Below are positions 40,631-52,330 of a stretch of DNA of 64,000 bases, piece after piece (position 1 is the stretch's first letter; each line of letters starts with the position of its first letter). The stretch spans positions 111,665 to 175,664 of the forward strand of contig JAHDYR010000041.1 in NCBI GenBank assembly GCA_019828565.1, written 5' to 3'. Under the pieces are notes generated by a model, which ran no database searches, had not been told where the DNA came from, and was given only the letters and a program-made list of their open reading frames with translations. The DNA is from Carpediemonas membranifera BICM. Its lineage: Eukaryota; Protista; Fornicata. Made by a program: the position numbers and the translations under genes.

Positions 40631-43171
40631 ATGGTTGCTCATATTGTGTTCGAGAGCCACATCGGTACAATATATGATGACCAGCCACGCTCAGTTGAGC
40701 GCATGAATTACCTTCTTGGCTGTACCTACTTCGCCATGGTCGGAATTGGCCTCAACTCCGCCAGAACAAGACCTCAGCGCGAGCAATTCTGCCAGCTCGT
40801 CCGCGAGATGGAGGAGGCGGACCTGATCTCCCAGCGCATTCACGACGCAAGGTTCTTCCGCCCTCCAGCAGACTCCCGTCCCTTCCAACGTGCCGCAACC
40901 GCACACGGAAATCAACACCCTCCTCACCCTGTCTTCGTACGGGACGATTACCGCACCCACGCCATCCAGGAGCGTGCTGTGCAGGACTACAACGACTCAG
41001 AGGAGCGCTCCGCCAACTTTTCTGAGATCATGGAGCTCACATCGATCCTGATGTACGTCCGCAATGGCTTCAACTCGACCCAAGAGCTCTTTAAGCTCAT
41101 CAACAACATCTCCCGCCGGCTTGGAAAGCCGATCTCGAAGAACAAGACCGCGGAGGTGCTCATTAAGGACCTTGGCATTGACATGACCAGAATATCTGGT
41201 GTCTCAGAGGCCCTCACTGAGGAGGAGCGCGCCTTCGTCAAGCATCTCGTGCCGTGCAGGTCGGTCTCAGGCAATACAACATGGCGGCGTACCATGTCCG
41301 GCACGCAGTCGCGACTTGAGCTCACGAACCGTTTGACTGTAGCCGACGGAGCCGAGCCGACTCCGTTTTTCGACCACGACCTCGTCGCCGACCACACTTG
41401 GGAGCGACCGACGCTCACCCTCCACTATGACAGCGAATCCGACGCTGTCCAGCACTACCAGTCCCTCAAAGGCAGTGTAGGTATCGCCCATCTGGGCAAG
41501 CGACTGAACAGCTCGACCTGGGACAAGGTGGAAACGGTGTGGTTTGATGGCGTGTACTATCTGCAGCAGGCAGTGCTTCACCCGGAGTGGCTCGAGTCTG
41601 ACCAGACGAACTTCGAGCGTTGCTCTCGTGCCCTTCAGGACCCAGGCCATGTCGAGTTCCAACCACTAAAACTACTCCTGTGGCTCGACGCATGGAAGGG
41701 ACATACCGCAACGTTCAAGATCCGCATCTACGACCCGTCAGGCTTCACGTTCCCTAACCGCATCACTCCCCCCTTCCGACCCGTTGAGTGTCTTGCCGGT
41801 GAGAAGGAGCTGACGGAGGAGGGAAACCTTCAACTCGTTGAGGAAGAAGTCGAGCGGATCTATCAAGCCCTCATACCGATCAGAGGAACTGACCAGGTCA
41901 CCACCTTCGACCAAGTCATCGTCATGGGCGATCACGCGGCCATCAGGAAGCTGTCATCCGGCATCGAGGGTAATGGAGGGCACTATCCCCAGCCCTTCAA
42001 CAGCATCCGTCGAGACCACAAGGCGCTGCACCCCATTCCGGCGCACTCTCGGGTCACCTTGCATGATTTGCTCGAGCAGAAGGCAGCGTTCCACGCCGTG
42101 CAGGCCGACCCCGACCGTGTGCAGGACCCGAAAGAGGAGTATGGCAACTTCTCCGACAAGAGGGCCATCTTCGAGAACCGGCCAGAGCCCCGAGTCATCC
42201 ACACGGAGCGAGTTGTCTTTTGTCCTCCGATCATGCACAACTCGCACCGCCTGCTCGAGCAAGTGGCACGGCTATGCGCCAGCTTCCCCGCTGATCGGAA
42301 CGCAACTGCCGTAGACAAGCGCAAGCTCCAGCGCATGTCATCCAACCGCAGTATTGACCGCACTGTCGGGTGCAACGAGCAGTCTGCTGCCAGAGTTCGC
42401 ATGGCGAACACCACGAACGAGGATTACGAGGCTCTTCCTGAGTCCGTCCAAGATATTGTGCGACTCATTGGCTATCTCCAGGCTCTTTACTACTCAACCG
42501 AGCCTGTCACCGACAGCAAAGTCGCATTCCACTTCTTGGCCGCGTCCATGTGCCACCTGTTCCACGTCATGCTCAGTCTGCAGGCACACCAGACAAAGCT
42601 GGCGTTGCTCCCTCCTGGGCAAGCAGACAAGGCGGAGAAGCCATGTGCCCAGACACTCTATGTCAACAGCAGGCTCACTGCCCAGCCTCTTCTTCACGAT
42701 CATCTCCGAATTCCTCTTTTTTACCTCCTCGAGGAGTTCTTTGAGAGAGAGTTCATCAAGAACCAGGAGGTCCGAGCCGAGTTGCACAGGTCGGCCATGA
42801 TCGAGAAGCTGTGTTTGACCGAGCAGACCACCCTCATCTGCACGTTCTTAACGGGTATTCGCTCGTTCGGTCGCCAGGACTACTCAGTCCCCCCGCTGAA
42901 CAGGCTTCGTCGTGTCCGAGTCCACCAATGCTGCAGACAAGCTCGCTCATGGTTCGCCATTCGCAGCCACATGGAGGCAAGGCACCAATTCCATGCCACG
43001 GCGGCGGTGGTGCGCCTCTTCCAGGAGCTCGTTGACGAGATGTGGCAGTACGTCAACGATTATACGGCTTTGGCATGGGACGAAGAGTCTGGGGTGATGG
43101 TTTGCGAGTTGGCAGACATGGGTGAGGAGCTTGTTTGCTGCATTTGCGGTCATGCACGCGCTGAGCAGTGA
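40631..43171 (+). CDS. Putative DDE transposase of element B (~846 aa from ATG 40631; frame open from 40463)
   Basis: WLDAWK, MGDHAA, PPIMH, RTVGCNEQ, LEEFFER, HQCC..CIC; intact ORF. Confidence 0.75.
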   Translation: MVAHIVFESHIGTIYDDQPRSVERMNYLLGCTYFAMVGIGLNSARTRPQREQFCQLVREMEEADLISQRIHDARFFRPPADSRPFQRAATAHGNQHPPHPVFVRDDYRTHAIQERAVQDYNDSEERSANFSEIMELTSILMYVRNGFNSTQELFKLINNISRRLGKPISKNKTAEVLIKDLGIDMTRISGVSEALTEEERAFVKHLVPCRSVSGNTTWRRTMSGTQSRLELTNRLTVADGAEPTPFFDHDLVADHTWERPTLTLHYDSESDAVQHYQSLKGSVGIAHLGKRLNSSTWDKVETVWFDGVYYLQQAVLHPEWLESDQTNFERCSRALQDPGHVEFQPLKLLLWLDAWKGHTATFKIRIYDPSGFTFPNRITPPFRPVECLAGEKELTEEGNLQLVEEEVERIYQALIPIRGTDQVTTFDQVIVMGDHAAIRKLSSGIEGNGGHYPQPFNSIRRDHKALHPIPAHSRVTLHDLLEQKAAFHAVQADPDRVQDPKEEYGNFSDKRAIFENRPEPRVIHTERVVFCPPIMHNSHRLLEQVARLCASFPADRNATAVDKRKLQRMSSNRSIDRTVGCNEQSAARVRMANTTNEDYEALPESVQDIVRLIGYLQALYYSTEPVTDSKVAFHFLAASMCHLFHVMLSLQAHQTKLALLPPGQADKAEKPCAQTLYVNSRLTAQPLLHDHLRIPLFYLLEEFFEREFIKNQEVRAELHRSAMIEKLCLTEQTTLICTFLTGIRSFGRQDYSVPPLNRLRRVRVHQCCRQARSWFAIRSHMEARHQFHATAAVVRLFQELVDEMWQYVNDYTALAWDEESGVMVCELADMGEELVCCICGHARAEQ

Positions 43172-43292
43172 GTAAAGGAGTTTTATTGGTCAGTACATCC
43201 CATTTGGTGTGTTTCCCCCAACTACCAATTTTTTTTTTCAACATTGGTAGTTTCACAATTTTCACATTACGTCACTTGTTTGGTGAAAAACA

Positions 43293-44060
43293 ATGGAAAC
43301 GCCACTTCCGACATGGCTGACGATGAATTTATCGCAACACAAGGCCTATATTCAATATGTCAAGCTTTCAGACAAGTCTGAGCTCTTGCCGTCTGTCAGG
43401 GCCTTCTTCAACAGAGATCTGGCGACTTCGAACCTCGACTGTCTGAACTACTCATTCGTCATGTATGTCAGACCCACTACACTTCTTGTTAACACAGTCT
43501 CATCGCAATTCGTGGGGTTGAGATGGACAACATCAAGGCTGCATGCCTTCTCTTCCGCGAGTCGTACAGGGAGGGGCAGACCATGAGCGGACAACTGCAC
43601 CAGGAGCGGTTTGTCATCGGCTTACGGACAGCCGTCTCCTGCAGAGGTCTTGGGTTCGCGAGGGTGCTTCTTAGCATAGCATCTGCCGAAGAACTCGTCC
43701 GACTGCAGTGCGACAAGCGACTCCAGGACATGTATGCGTCCTTTGGCCTCAAGGAGTCATCGGACCCGTCGCAGGTCGAGCAGCTGGTGGACACGGGGGG
43801 CAACCCACTTGCCATTGTCACGATGGAGGGCACGATGGGTCCCAACAAGTGGACCAACCTCGGCAAGAGCCTGACAGAGTGCTGTGGGATGATAATGCAA
43901 GGCTCTACGTTGATCCGCGTGACCAACCATGGTAATAGACTTGATCAGCACGCTCATGGGATGCCTGCTTCCGACAAGAGGAGTGTTGACTCGTTCGTGG
44001 AACGCACCCGTGTGTCCGTGCGCCGTGAACGTGCGGCAAAACGGCCTAACGTCACCCGAA
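43293..44060 (+). pseudogene. Second copy of the 284-aa gene (intron 43463-43497), disrupted by element C; remainder resumes at 63942
   Basis: Matches 6428-7317 up to ...NVTR, then TIR C; 63942-64000 continues the same coding sequence. Confidence 0.9.
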
Positions 44061-44135
44061 CATACTGTCAACATCCCTAGATTATCTTTGCTAAACCCTA
44101 GATTATCTTCGACCTCAAAAAGCTAGATAATCTAC
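44061..44135 (+). repeat. Left TIR of element C, with three CTAGAT[TA]ATCT motifs
   Basis: CATACTGTCAACATCCCTAGATTATCTTTGCTAAACCCTAGATTATCTTCGACCTCAAAAAGCTAGATAATCTAC. Confidence 0.95.
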
Positions 44136-44766
44136 GGTTGCAAGAAAAAATGAACTCGACGATGAGCCGGAGCTGGATCTTCAAAGTGGTATGGTAGTAC
44201 TTGGCTATACCTAAGCAATACGCATGCGCAGTATCAAACTTTAAATCCTGCTAGAAAAAAGTAACATAGGGACAAATTGGAATTGAGAGTTGAGACTCAA
44301 AAAACGGGCAGGGGGGAGGAAATGGTCCATAAGTACGCCTTATGGGTCGCTTCCTCCCCTCTGCCCCTTTTTTTATCGCAAAATCGATTTGCCGGATTTG
44401 ACACATGTTTGATGTGATCAAAATGGATTTGATAGACATGAGTCCAGATCATGCAGTTGGCCATCCTGAAGCGCTAGGGCGGTCTGCAGACCGCAGCAAT
44501 GCCTCTGCTGAATGCCCTTCGCCTGACGGACAGGACGCGCGTTGACTCTAAAGGACTGCATGTTTCGGCATTAAAAGAAGGTGTGGAATACAACGGAGTC
44601 ATCGCCGAACCGCTCCGACCAAGTCGGTTATTAGGACATCGCGTTCAGACGCCCTCTGCAATTACCAAGTCAATAGATGGGAGTCGACCTGATCAGCACG
44701 TCATTCGGGGTCTCAGGTGACCCTATAGCTGAGCTTGGCTGGGCTCTGCTGCGGCCATGGGCCGCT

Positions 44767-46700
44767 AGTATATGTCTCTTATCAGCGTGGTGAAGATCAG
44801 GAACACGATGTAGGATCGCTTGCAAAAGCATAGCCGGATCCATCTCGCCACCGTCACCACGGTACCTCGCGATGTACTCCTGCAGCTTCGGAATCATCCT
44901 CAGTAGCGCTTCAAACATCATGCTGGCGTATCCTGCTGAATCCTTCACCCCAGAGCTCATATCGGTTTCTTCAGAACGAAATTCTAAAGAAATGTTCGGT
45001 GGTAAGTGAGATCACTGCGCATCTAGAGACAGCAGAAACGTAACCTACAGCCCATATTGATGTGGGCTGGTCTTATCCGGATGTCCAAGGACCTTGATTC
45101 GCTCTGGGGTAGTCCCCCCATGACCGTCAGGCACGCGAACCGCATCCTGCACGAAGCGGGGATGCAGAGTCTGAAAAGACCCATCTCTCTGTCCGATCTG
45201 GATACCCCTGACGATAGATGGAATGAATGAAGCTGTAAACATATCCATTGACTCTGAATCTTTTATTTCTCCATCTGCGAGTTAAGCCAGGCCACTGCCT
45301 TTCCCGTCAGATATACCTTACGTGTGTCGTGCACCTTCTTTGTTGCTCTTGCGGCTGAAGCATCAACAGTGGCCTGCTTCAACAAATCTCGGCAGCTAGA
45401 CTTCGGCGTCTTGGTGCCACGCCGCGTGCAGGCCCACTCTCTATCGTCCACGGACTCACCACACACAACGCATGACCCTGCGAATACGGTCGGTGGCTTT
45501 CTCCTTCAGCTTCTGTCGAAGCAGATCGCACATCGCGGTCTTGACGACGCGTCGAGACAATTCATGCGTGCGCAGGGTACTAACAGGCTCAACCAACAGC
45601 TCTGTCTGAGTAGACGCCTCCTCTAGGTCTCGCACAGTCTGAGTCTCTGCATGCTCACCCTGTGGCGAAAACTGCTGGCATTTTCCCACCATCCTCGGCT
45701 TATCAGGATCAGGACCCAGCGCAGTCATGTAAACAGGTACCTCAACCCGCTTCTCGACTATCCTGACAGGCTGGGAGTCCCTGCGGGAAGGGGCTTGCGG
45801 GTGAACTCGCGTCCTGGTCGGCCCCCCGTTCGCCTCGTTGTGCAGAGCCTCCATGAAGGCATTGAAGCCGTCATCACGGCCCACCTTCTGCGTCACAAAC
45901 GACATGACGCATGTGACCGACATCTCAAAGGATGCAAAATCGTCAGCACTGGAAACATCGCGATTGTGGCAGATTGAGTTTCGAGCTGCCAACAGCTCGC
46001 GTATATGTCTCTTATCAGCGTGGTGAAGATCAGGAACACGATGTAGGATCGCTTGCAAAAGCATAGCCGGATCCATCTCGCCACCGTCACCACGGTACCT
46101 CGCGATGTACTCCTGCAGCTTCGGAATCATCCTCAGTAGCGCTTCAAACATCATGCTGGCGTATCCTGCTGAATCCTTCACCCCAGAGCTCATATCGGTT
46201 TCTTCAGAACGAAATTCTAAAGAAATGTTCGGTGGTAAGTGAGATCACTGCGCATCTAGAGACAGCAGAAACGTAACCTACAGCCCATATTGATGTGGGC
46301 TGGTCTTATCCGGATGTCCAAGGACCTTGATTCGCTCTGGGGTAGTCCCCCCATGACCGTCAGGCACGCGAACCGCATCCTGCACGAAGCGGGGATGCAG
46401 AGTCTGAAAAGACCCATCTCTCTGTCCGATCTGGATACCCCTGACGATAGATGGAATGAATGAAGCTGTAAACATATCCATTGACTCTGAATCTTTTATT
46501 TCTCCATCTGCGAGTTAAGCCAGGCCACTGCCTTTCCCGTCAGATATACCTTACGTGTGTCGTGCACCTTCTTTGTTGCTCTTGCGGCTGAAGCATCAAC
46601 AGTGGCCTGCTTCAACAAATCTCGGCAGCTAGACTTCGGCGTCTTGGTGCCACGCCGCGTGCAGGCCCACTCTCTATCGTCCACGGACCCACCGCACACG
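44767..46700. repeat. 1233-bp tandem duplication of the HEPN-like module (~1.6 units)
   Basis: 44960 recurs at 46193, and 45045 at 46278. Confidence 0.9.
45263..46193 (-). CDS. HEPN-like protein of element C (one frameshift in a T-run at ~45500)
   Basis: Near-identical to 11750-12679. Confidence 0.55.
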
Positions 46701-46736
46701 GCATTCATGATTCCAAGGTCTAATTATTTACTCGAT

Positions 46737-48270
46737 TTATTCCGGCACCTCGTTGAGCAGGAAATAGTGCACTTTCAGGCGAGCATATCTCACTCTAGAC
46801 ACGCTGCACTTGACCACCTTAGCCACGCCATCGCAGTCACCCACAACATCATACCACTGCCCTTCTGTGTCGCATAATGCGTACACACGCTCATATGTCT
46901 GATAGACAGCTGTTGCCTCAAAGGGCATATCTAGCGTACAATCGTCCTCGCAAATATGGGTGCAACCAGGAGACACCCAAATCAGCCGCCAGGGGAGAAA
47001 AAACAACACCGCCTTTACATTCAAAGGGAATGCAATCGGCGTTGCTGTGAGGCATTTCTCGCGCTGCTGGTATTCAGGCAGTAGGCCAGACTGGGCGATA
47101 TGTTGGGGAACCACACCGGCGAACAGGAGTTGACTGCCGCTGAGGAAGACGTTGCAGCGACAGTCTGCCATGAGCTGGTCGACCCTGAACGGCAGCTTTT
47201 CGAAGCCCCGTATACATCTATCGCGTCCAAGTCCCAGCTTATAGTGGCGGTTGAAATCGCTGATTACCTGCTGATCGCCCGCGGAGAGGATAACTGTCCC
47301 CCCTCCATACATGATCCGATCAGGGATGAAGCCAGTGGGCACAGCGACTGGGTGGAAGACGTATCTTCTCAGATCGTCATGAACTGTGAAGCATGCACCG
47401 TTTCCAGCCATGACAGTACCGACTGGGGTGAGGATGAACCTGCGACAAGCCTGCTCCGACACATCGATCACCATCCTGTTCTTCTCCCAGGGGGGCAGAC
47501 TGGCCTCGAGCTCGGCGATATTAGGGCAGCTGGTGAAGGTGAGGCGGGTCGCATTCCAGTGCCAGTCCAAGCTCCATGCCCACAGACCCTTAGGTGTCCT
47601 GGTAAGATGGCTGAAATTGCAACTGTAGACCTCGAGGGCCCTGGGCATCCTGGCTCTAATGAAGATGGCGAGGTTGTCTGGACGAAGCATGAATAGACGG
47701 CCCATGTACATGCGGTGATGGTAGTGTGTGTTGCCATTTGAGAATTGGTAGTACTCGCCGTCCTTCTCGGCGACGTTCAGTGTGAAGAAGAACTTGCGGC
47801 AGAGGAACCAGAGACACTTGCCCTCGGGGGGCGAGAGCATTTCGGATGAGGTCCTGGAGGTCTGGGTTGGCCCCTCCACCCATAAGACACGCCCACACCG
47901 CGCCCTGGTTCAGTGTGTGCATGGCTGCCGGGAGCTCATCGCCAGGCGAGAGCTCGACGTTCATGGACAGCGGGGGTCCGTCTGCGAGGATCGAGCGGGC
48001 GTGATCTAGGAGGACTTGTGCGGTTGGTTCAAGCGGGGGGATCTTGGAGAGCGTGGCGAGGAGGGATTCGAGAGAAGGGGCGCTCGCTGGTGCAGTAGTG
48101 CTCTCTGCGTTGTGGAACGAGGGCATCTCCTCGCCAAAATGCCTGGTGTAGGCGCATTGGAGCAAGGATGGTACGTCCCCGGAGATACGGGCTGCTACAA
48201 CTAGCGAGGCGCGGAATACGGAGATAAGGGCTTCTTTGATGGCTGATGGGGAGGAACTAGCACTGCTCAT
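46737..48270 (-). CDS. RCC1/BLIP-II-like protein, frameshifted near 47830-47880
   Basis: The two ORFs together align along the whole of 29509-31104 (MSSASS.., CLWFLCRKF, HHRMYMGRLF, LPPWEK, LGLG). Confidence 0.65.
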
Positions 48271-48650
48271 CGATTCCAGCGCTCAGTTCGGTGGCGACTT
48301 GTTCTCGTTCTTAAACTGCTCAATGAGAAAGGATGACAGCAGAAACGACGTCCTGGAGGACGTCCTGGTGTTGGGAGGGGGTGTTCTTGAGCACGTGATA
48401 GTGGACGGCCTTGTTGGTGGGCGCGGCCCATGAGAAGCACCAGCGCAAGTAAAGCATTTTGCAATATATTACTTGCGTTTGCGCTGTCGTTCTCCGGGCG
48501 CACTTCCCCGGCCGCTCTTTGACACGGACATTGCCGTGGGGCCTCCTCCTCGTAGCTGTTTCCTCCCCGGGTTCTGTAAATGGTGTGTTTTGATTCATCT
48601 GTCCCTTTGTTTGTCTCGGCGTTGAACTTTGAAAGCAATAAATGGCTACG

Positions 48651-48890
48651 ATCAAGATATTATTGTCCAATGAGGCTCTTTACATCGCCTTCTAGCTCGA
48701 TATTGATGTTGTTAGTGATTTTCTAGAGTACAGCACCAGTTTCGGTAATAGGGGGACAGACGAGCGCAAACAACTACATGGCTCCGAACTACACGCGTCT
48801 TGGCGTTGATATTGGTTATTAAATGGACTGTTCGTAACATATTGAGGGATTTCGTCACTGTACTCGAATGCACAAGTGTGCAGTTTATGC
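48651..48890. repeat. ~240-bp dispersed repeat of element C (direct copy 51921-52160, inverted partial copy ~58602-58790)
   Basis: Direct sequence comparison; intergenic in all three positions. Confidence 0.88.
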
Positions 48891-48971
48891 ATCTGCCGGA
48901 ATCTCATTTAAGGGAGATAACAGCGTCCTAAACAACAGGGATCTGTCAGTCATTATCAAACTTTACTTCTC

Positions 48972-50174
48972 TCACTCAGCCTCGTTGTCCCGCTTCTCCG
49001 GAGTAACCAATTGAGCCTTCCTTGTGCCGGGACGGGTGACACCAAAGACTCGGAAGAGTAAGTCGCTCGTCTGCTCCAAACCCTGGCTTTCCTCAAGCCT
49101 CAGAATGTTGTGCCGGATCTTATCTCGGTCCTGGTCTTGAAGATGCCCGAGCTCAGCGTTCAGCCTGTTATCAAAGGCTTGGCTGAAGATGAGCACGGAA
49201 TGGGCCAGGGTTAGGGGCACAGCTTGGTGACTGGCGAGCTCGCGGAACTCCTTTGGCCAGAGAATGGCGTACTTGATCATTTTGGCGTACTTACGCCGCA
49301 CATTGTGGGTCTTGATGGAACTCATCTCGTGGATGCGCTTGTAGATGCCATCACAGTAGGTGTTCTTGCCAACGCGCCCAGCCAGTACATCGGCACGTAA
49401 ACGTTCGGCTGCGGCGTCAAGACGGGCGACCCTACCCTCATCGTCGACGGGCATCGCTCCACGCTTCCCTGCGATCGTGTACAGCTCCAGCTGCCAAGCA
49501 ATCATGATCCGCAGCATCATCTCGCGTGTTGCACCAGACGTCATTGTCTCTAGCATGAGTTCCAGGCGGTGTTCATCCATGTAGCCAGACTGAATGACAG
49601 TAAGCGTCGTCATAGCACTGGATACTGGCGCGATAATGCCGCCATACCAAGGCTCCTCCTTGAGCACCGCGGTAACATCGAATGTCTCAAGGGTGAGATC
49701 AATCTTGGGCTTCTTCTTCTTGTCCTTCTTGCTCGCCGAAGGCTGCCCCTCACCCTCACCTGATGCTTCTTCGCCAGCCTTGCCCACACCCTCGGCCGAT
49801 GCCTGTCCCTCCCTGGTGATAGAACCATCTACTTGGCAGCTCCGACGTGCGAAGCGCCTCGTAGACGGGATTGCTGCTTCTTGTACGTTCTCTGCAGCCA
49901 CCACAACATCGCTTGTGCTCTCAAGAGGCTTTTGCTTGCGCTCTGTCAGCATCTCGACGACGTTCTCGTGAACACGGTGCTTCAGAACATCAACAACGCC
50001 TTCAGTGCGATACTTAGGCTCAATGCTGAAGTAACAAATCAATGCATGCACGATCTGGCGCTTTGATCCTTCCATCTCTTCGTCTCTTTCGTTCATTCGG
50101 AAACCGTTAAATAAACCATGGAATGGGTGGAACATGCGAGTGATCCAGACCTCAAGCGTGTCTACACACGGCAT
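48972..50174 (-). CDS. Hypothetical protein (~375-400 aa), head-to-head with the SET gene
   Basis: Homolog and positional equivalent of 15929-17035. Confidence 0.75.
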   Translation of the reverse strand: MPCVDTLEVWITRMFHPFHGLFNGFRMNERDEEMEGSKRQIVHALICYFSIEPKYRTEGVVDVLKHRVHENVVEMLTERKQKPLESTSDVVVAAENVQEAAIPSTRRFARRSCQVDGSITREGQASAEGVGKAGEEASGEGEGQPSASKKDKKKKPKIDLTLETFDVTAVLKEEPWYGGIIAPVSSAMTTLTVIQSGYMDEHRLELMLETMTSGATREMMLRIMIAWQLELYTIAGKRGAMPVDDEGRVARLDAAAERLRADVLAGRVGKNTYCDGIYKRIHEMSSIKTHNVRRKYAKMIKYAILWPKEFRELASHQAVPLTLAHSVLIFSQAFDNRLNAELGHLQDQDRDKIRHNILRLEESQGLEQTSDLLFRVFGVTRPGTRKAQLVTPEKRDNEAE

Positions 50175-50241
50175 CTTGCTTCATAAATGACTGTTTATTG
50201 CCCAAATTTTGTGTTGCGGCGTGACCGAATCGAACGAGAAC

Positions 50242-50901
50242 ATGAAGCTCACCAACAAGGCAGATACTGTGATTACGGCGGAGGAATACCAGCAATACTA
50301 CTCCTCTGATGACTTTGAGTCATTTGTTGCGGCCTGTGATGAAGCAGGCATTCGTTCTGCCCACAGCACCACGTTCTCCGTCACAGTGGACAAGAATGGC
50401 TTCAACAGCGAGCTAGATCTGGCCATGGTGCCTCAGCATGCGCTTATGGGGCCGACAGTGGGCGATGGTATCCTTACCAACAAGAGCATCCCCAACGACG
50501 CAGTCATTGGCATATACTGCGGCAAGATCATCCCCGAGCCCGAACCTGGTGCAGTCACGACCTACGTGACGAGGCTCAAGAAGCCTAACAACTTTGCTGT
50601 TGACTCGGCCGGCCTCACGTTCGGCTGTCACAAGATCAACGATGGTGCCGCTTTCTACAACGTCGTACCGGGGACGGCCTACGTTAATGTGCAGGTGGGG
50701 GACCAGAAGAAGCGTCTTCCCGTCATTCTTTACTTGGCGGATCGCGCTATTGCCAAGTTCGAGTACCTCTCGATCGAGTATGGCGAGCAGTACTGGCGTG
50801 GACGCAAGCCCATGGCCCTCTACCCCTTCTGTCTGGAGAAGATGCTTGCTGAGGCTGAGTATGAGGAGATCAACGATGTCTTAGACGCCGTTCTCTCCTA
50901 A
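50242..50901 (+). CDS. SET-domain protein (~219 aa)
   Basis: GDGILT..IP..AVIGIYCG, HKINDG, FEYLSIEYGEQYW; clear homolog of 17065-17733. Confidence 0.85.
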   Translation: MKLTNKADTVITAEEYQQYYSSDDFESFVAACDEAGIRSAHSTTFSVTVDKNGFNSELDLAMVPQHALMGPTVGDGILTNKSIPNDAVIGIYCGKIIPEPEPGAVTTYVTRLKKPNNFAVDSAGLTFGCHKINDGAAFYNVVPGTAYVNVQVGDQKKRLPVILYLADRAIAKFEYLSIEYGEQYWRGRKPMALYPFCLEKMLAEAEYEEINDVLDAVLS

Positions 50902-51074
50902 CCTAAATTGAGATCCCAACAATTCATTGCTTTCAAAAGTTCAAGGGTCCTTCTACCTGGCCCATCATCACTGGGATCCTCGTGCTTGGCGCCCACATCC
51001 CCGATGTCACCCAAAAAGATCTAGAATTTTCCGAAAATCGGCTTCCGACAATTTTCATTGATCCCTGACGCTCG

Positions 51075-51920
51075 ATGGAACTGGATATTGCGTATCAACT
51101 GGTTGCTCTGAAGGAGATGAAGTCTATTGAGTCTCTTAAGATCAATTCCATCACGATTCAGAAGGAAAAGGTCCGGAAAGCTGTCATTCTTGCTTTCGCG
51201 CAGTCTCCCGCGGGTAAGAAGTGGGTAACGAGCACACTGAGGCTCTGTGCTGACCGCTACAGCGCTTCGATCCAGTACAACGTGCAGAGCATGTTGTTTG
51301 GCATGAACTCCAACGCCACATTCAACGAGGAGGCAGCAATAGCGACTCTGCGCGTTCATGAGAGGCTCGTGACCCCGCTACACCAGTCAGTCTTCGCTAA
51401 CATGGTCAGGGCCAAGCACAAGACACCGACTCTAGACGATTTCCTCGATACCGCGTGTGTCTTCCCGACTTTTACTGAGTTGGATCGCCTTGCCGCATGG
51501 GTGGGTGAGCGCAACCCCAGTGTCTGGGTCATCATGACGGAGGCTCGTATTACTGGCGTTTTAGATGGTGAGATCTATGAGCCGCTGCTTCGGGCCGTTG
51601 CTGACGACGTTGATAGATTCACGTTCGGCAGCCCTGAAAAGTTCCTCCAGTTAACCGACACGAGCCTTGACTATGCCGTCGAGAGTGTCCAGATCAAGGA
51701 CTATGCCAATCGTCGCTGCCTTGTCAAGTGGATCGGGTATCCTGTGCCTGTCACCGTTCCGCTGACCGATACGTTGCGTGAGCTGGAGGCTGGGGAAACC
51801 TCGGGGTTTGTGGGCGTGCGACGGGAGATAACCTTCTCTGGGCGGGGTCGTACAACCGGGGAAATTCAGAACAATCTTTTCAGGCGTCGGGAACCCGAGC
51901 GTGACGTTTCTGAGGAGTAA
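51075..51920 (+). CDS. Protein with C-terminal chromodomain-like module (281 aa)
   Basis: YAVESV....CLVKWIGYP; homolog of 18309-19097. Confidence 0.65.
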   Translation: MELDIAYQLVALKEMKSIESLKINSITIQKEKVRKAVILAFAQSPAGKKWVTSTLRLCADRYSASIQYNVQSMLFGMNSNATFNEEAAIATLRVHERLVTPLHQSVFANMVRAKHKTPTLDDFLDTACVFPTFTELDRLAAWVGERNPSVWVIMTEARITGVLDGEIYEPLLRAVADDVDRFTFGSPEKFLQLTDTSLDYAVESVQIKDYANRRCLVKWIGYPVPVTVPLTDTLRELEAGETSGFVGVRREITFSGRGRTTGEIQNNLFRRREPERDVSEE

Positions 51921-52330
51921 ATCAAGATAATATTGTCCAATGAGGCTCTTTACATCGCCTTCTAGCTCGATATTGATGTTGTTAGTGATTTTCTAGAGTA
52001 CAGCACCAGTTTCGGTAATAGGGGGACAGACGAGCGCAAACAACTACATGGCTCCGAACTACACGCGTCTCGGCGTTGATATTGGTTATTAAATGCACTG
52101 CTGGTAGCATATTGAGGGATTTCGTCATTGTACTCGAATGCACAAGTGTGCAGTTTATGCTTTCTCGGCCAGCCGACGATATTTACCACCACAGACAGCT
52201 GCATACAGGCTGTAGACTAGACATATACAGCAGGCTGAGTAATATAGCACCATACCCCCCTACAAACCGCGAATCAACCTCAAAGTCACATAAACATAAG
52301 CGATACGGTCGGTATATCAATCCTTTACTC

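Larger units (their letters stand above)
39546..44060 (+). mobile_element. Element B copy 2, terminal part (resumes at 63940 and runs past the window end)
   Basis: Starts CATACTGTTAGAATGGCC abruptly inside a retrotransposon ORF. Near-identical inverted copy of 34962-35503 plus ~6550-10521. Carries an intact transposase-like ORF. Its far end is not in the window. Confidence 0.85.
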
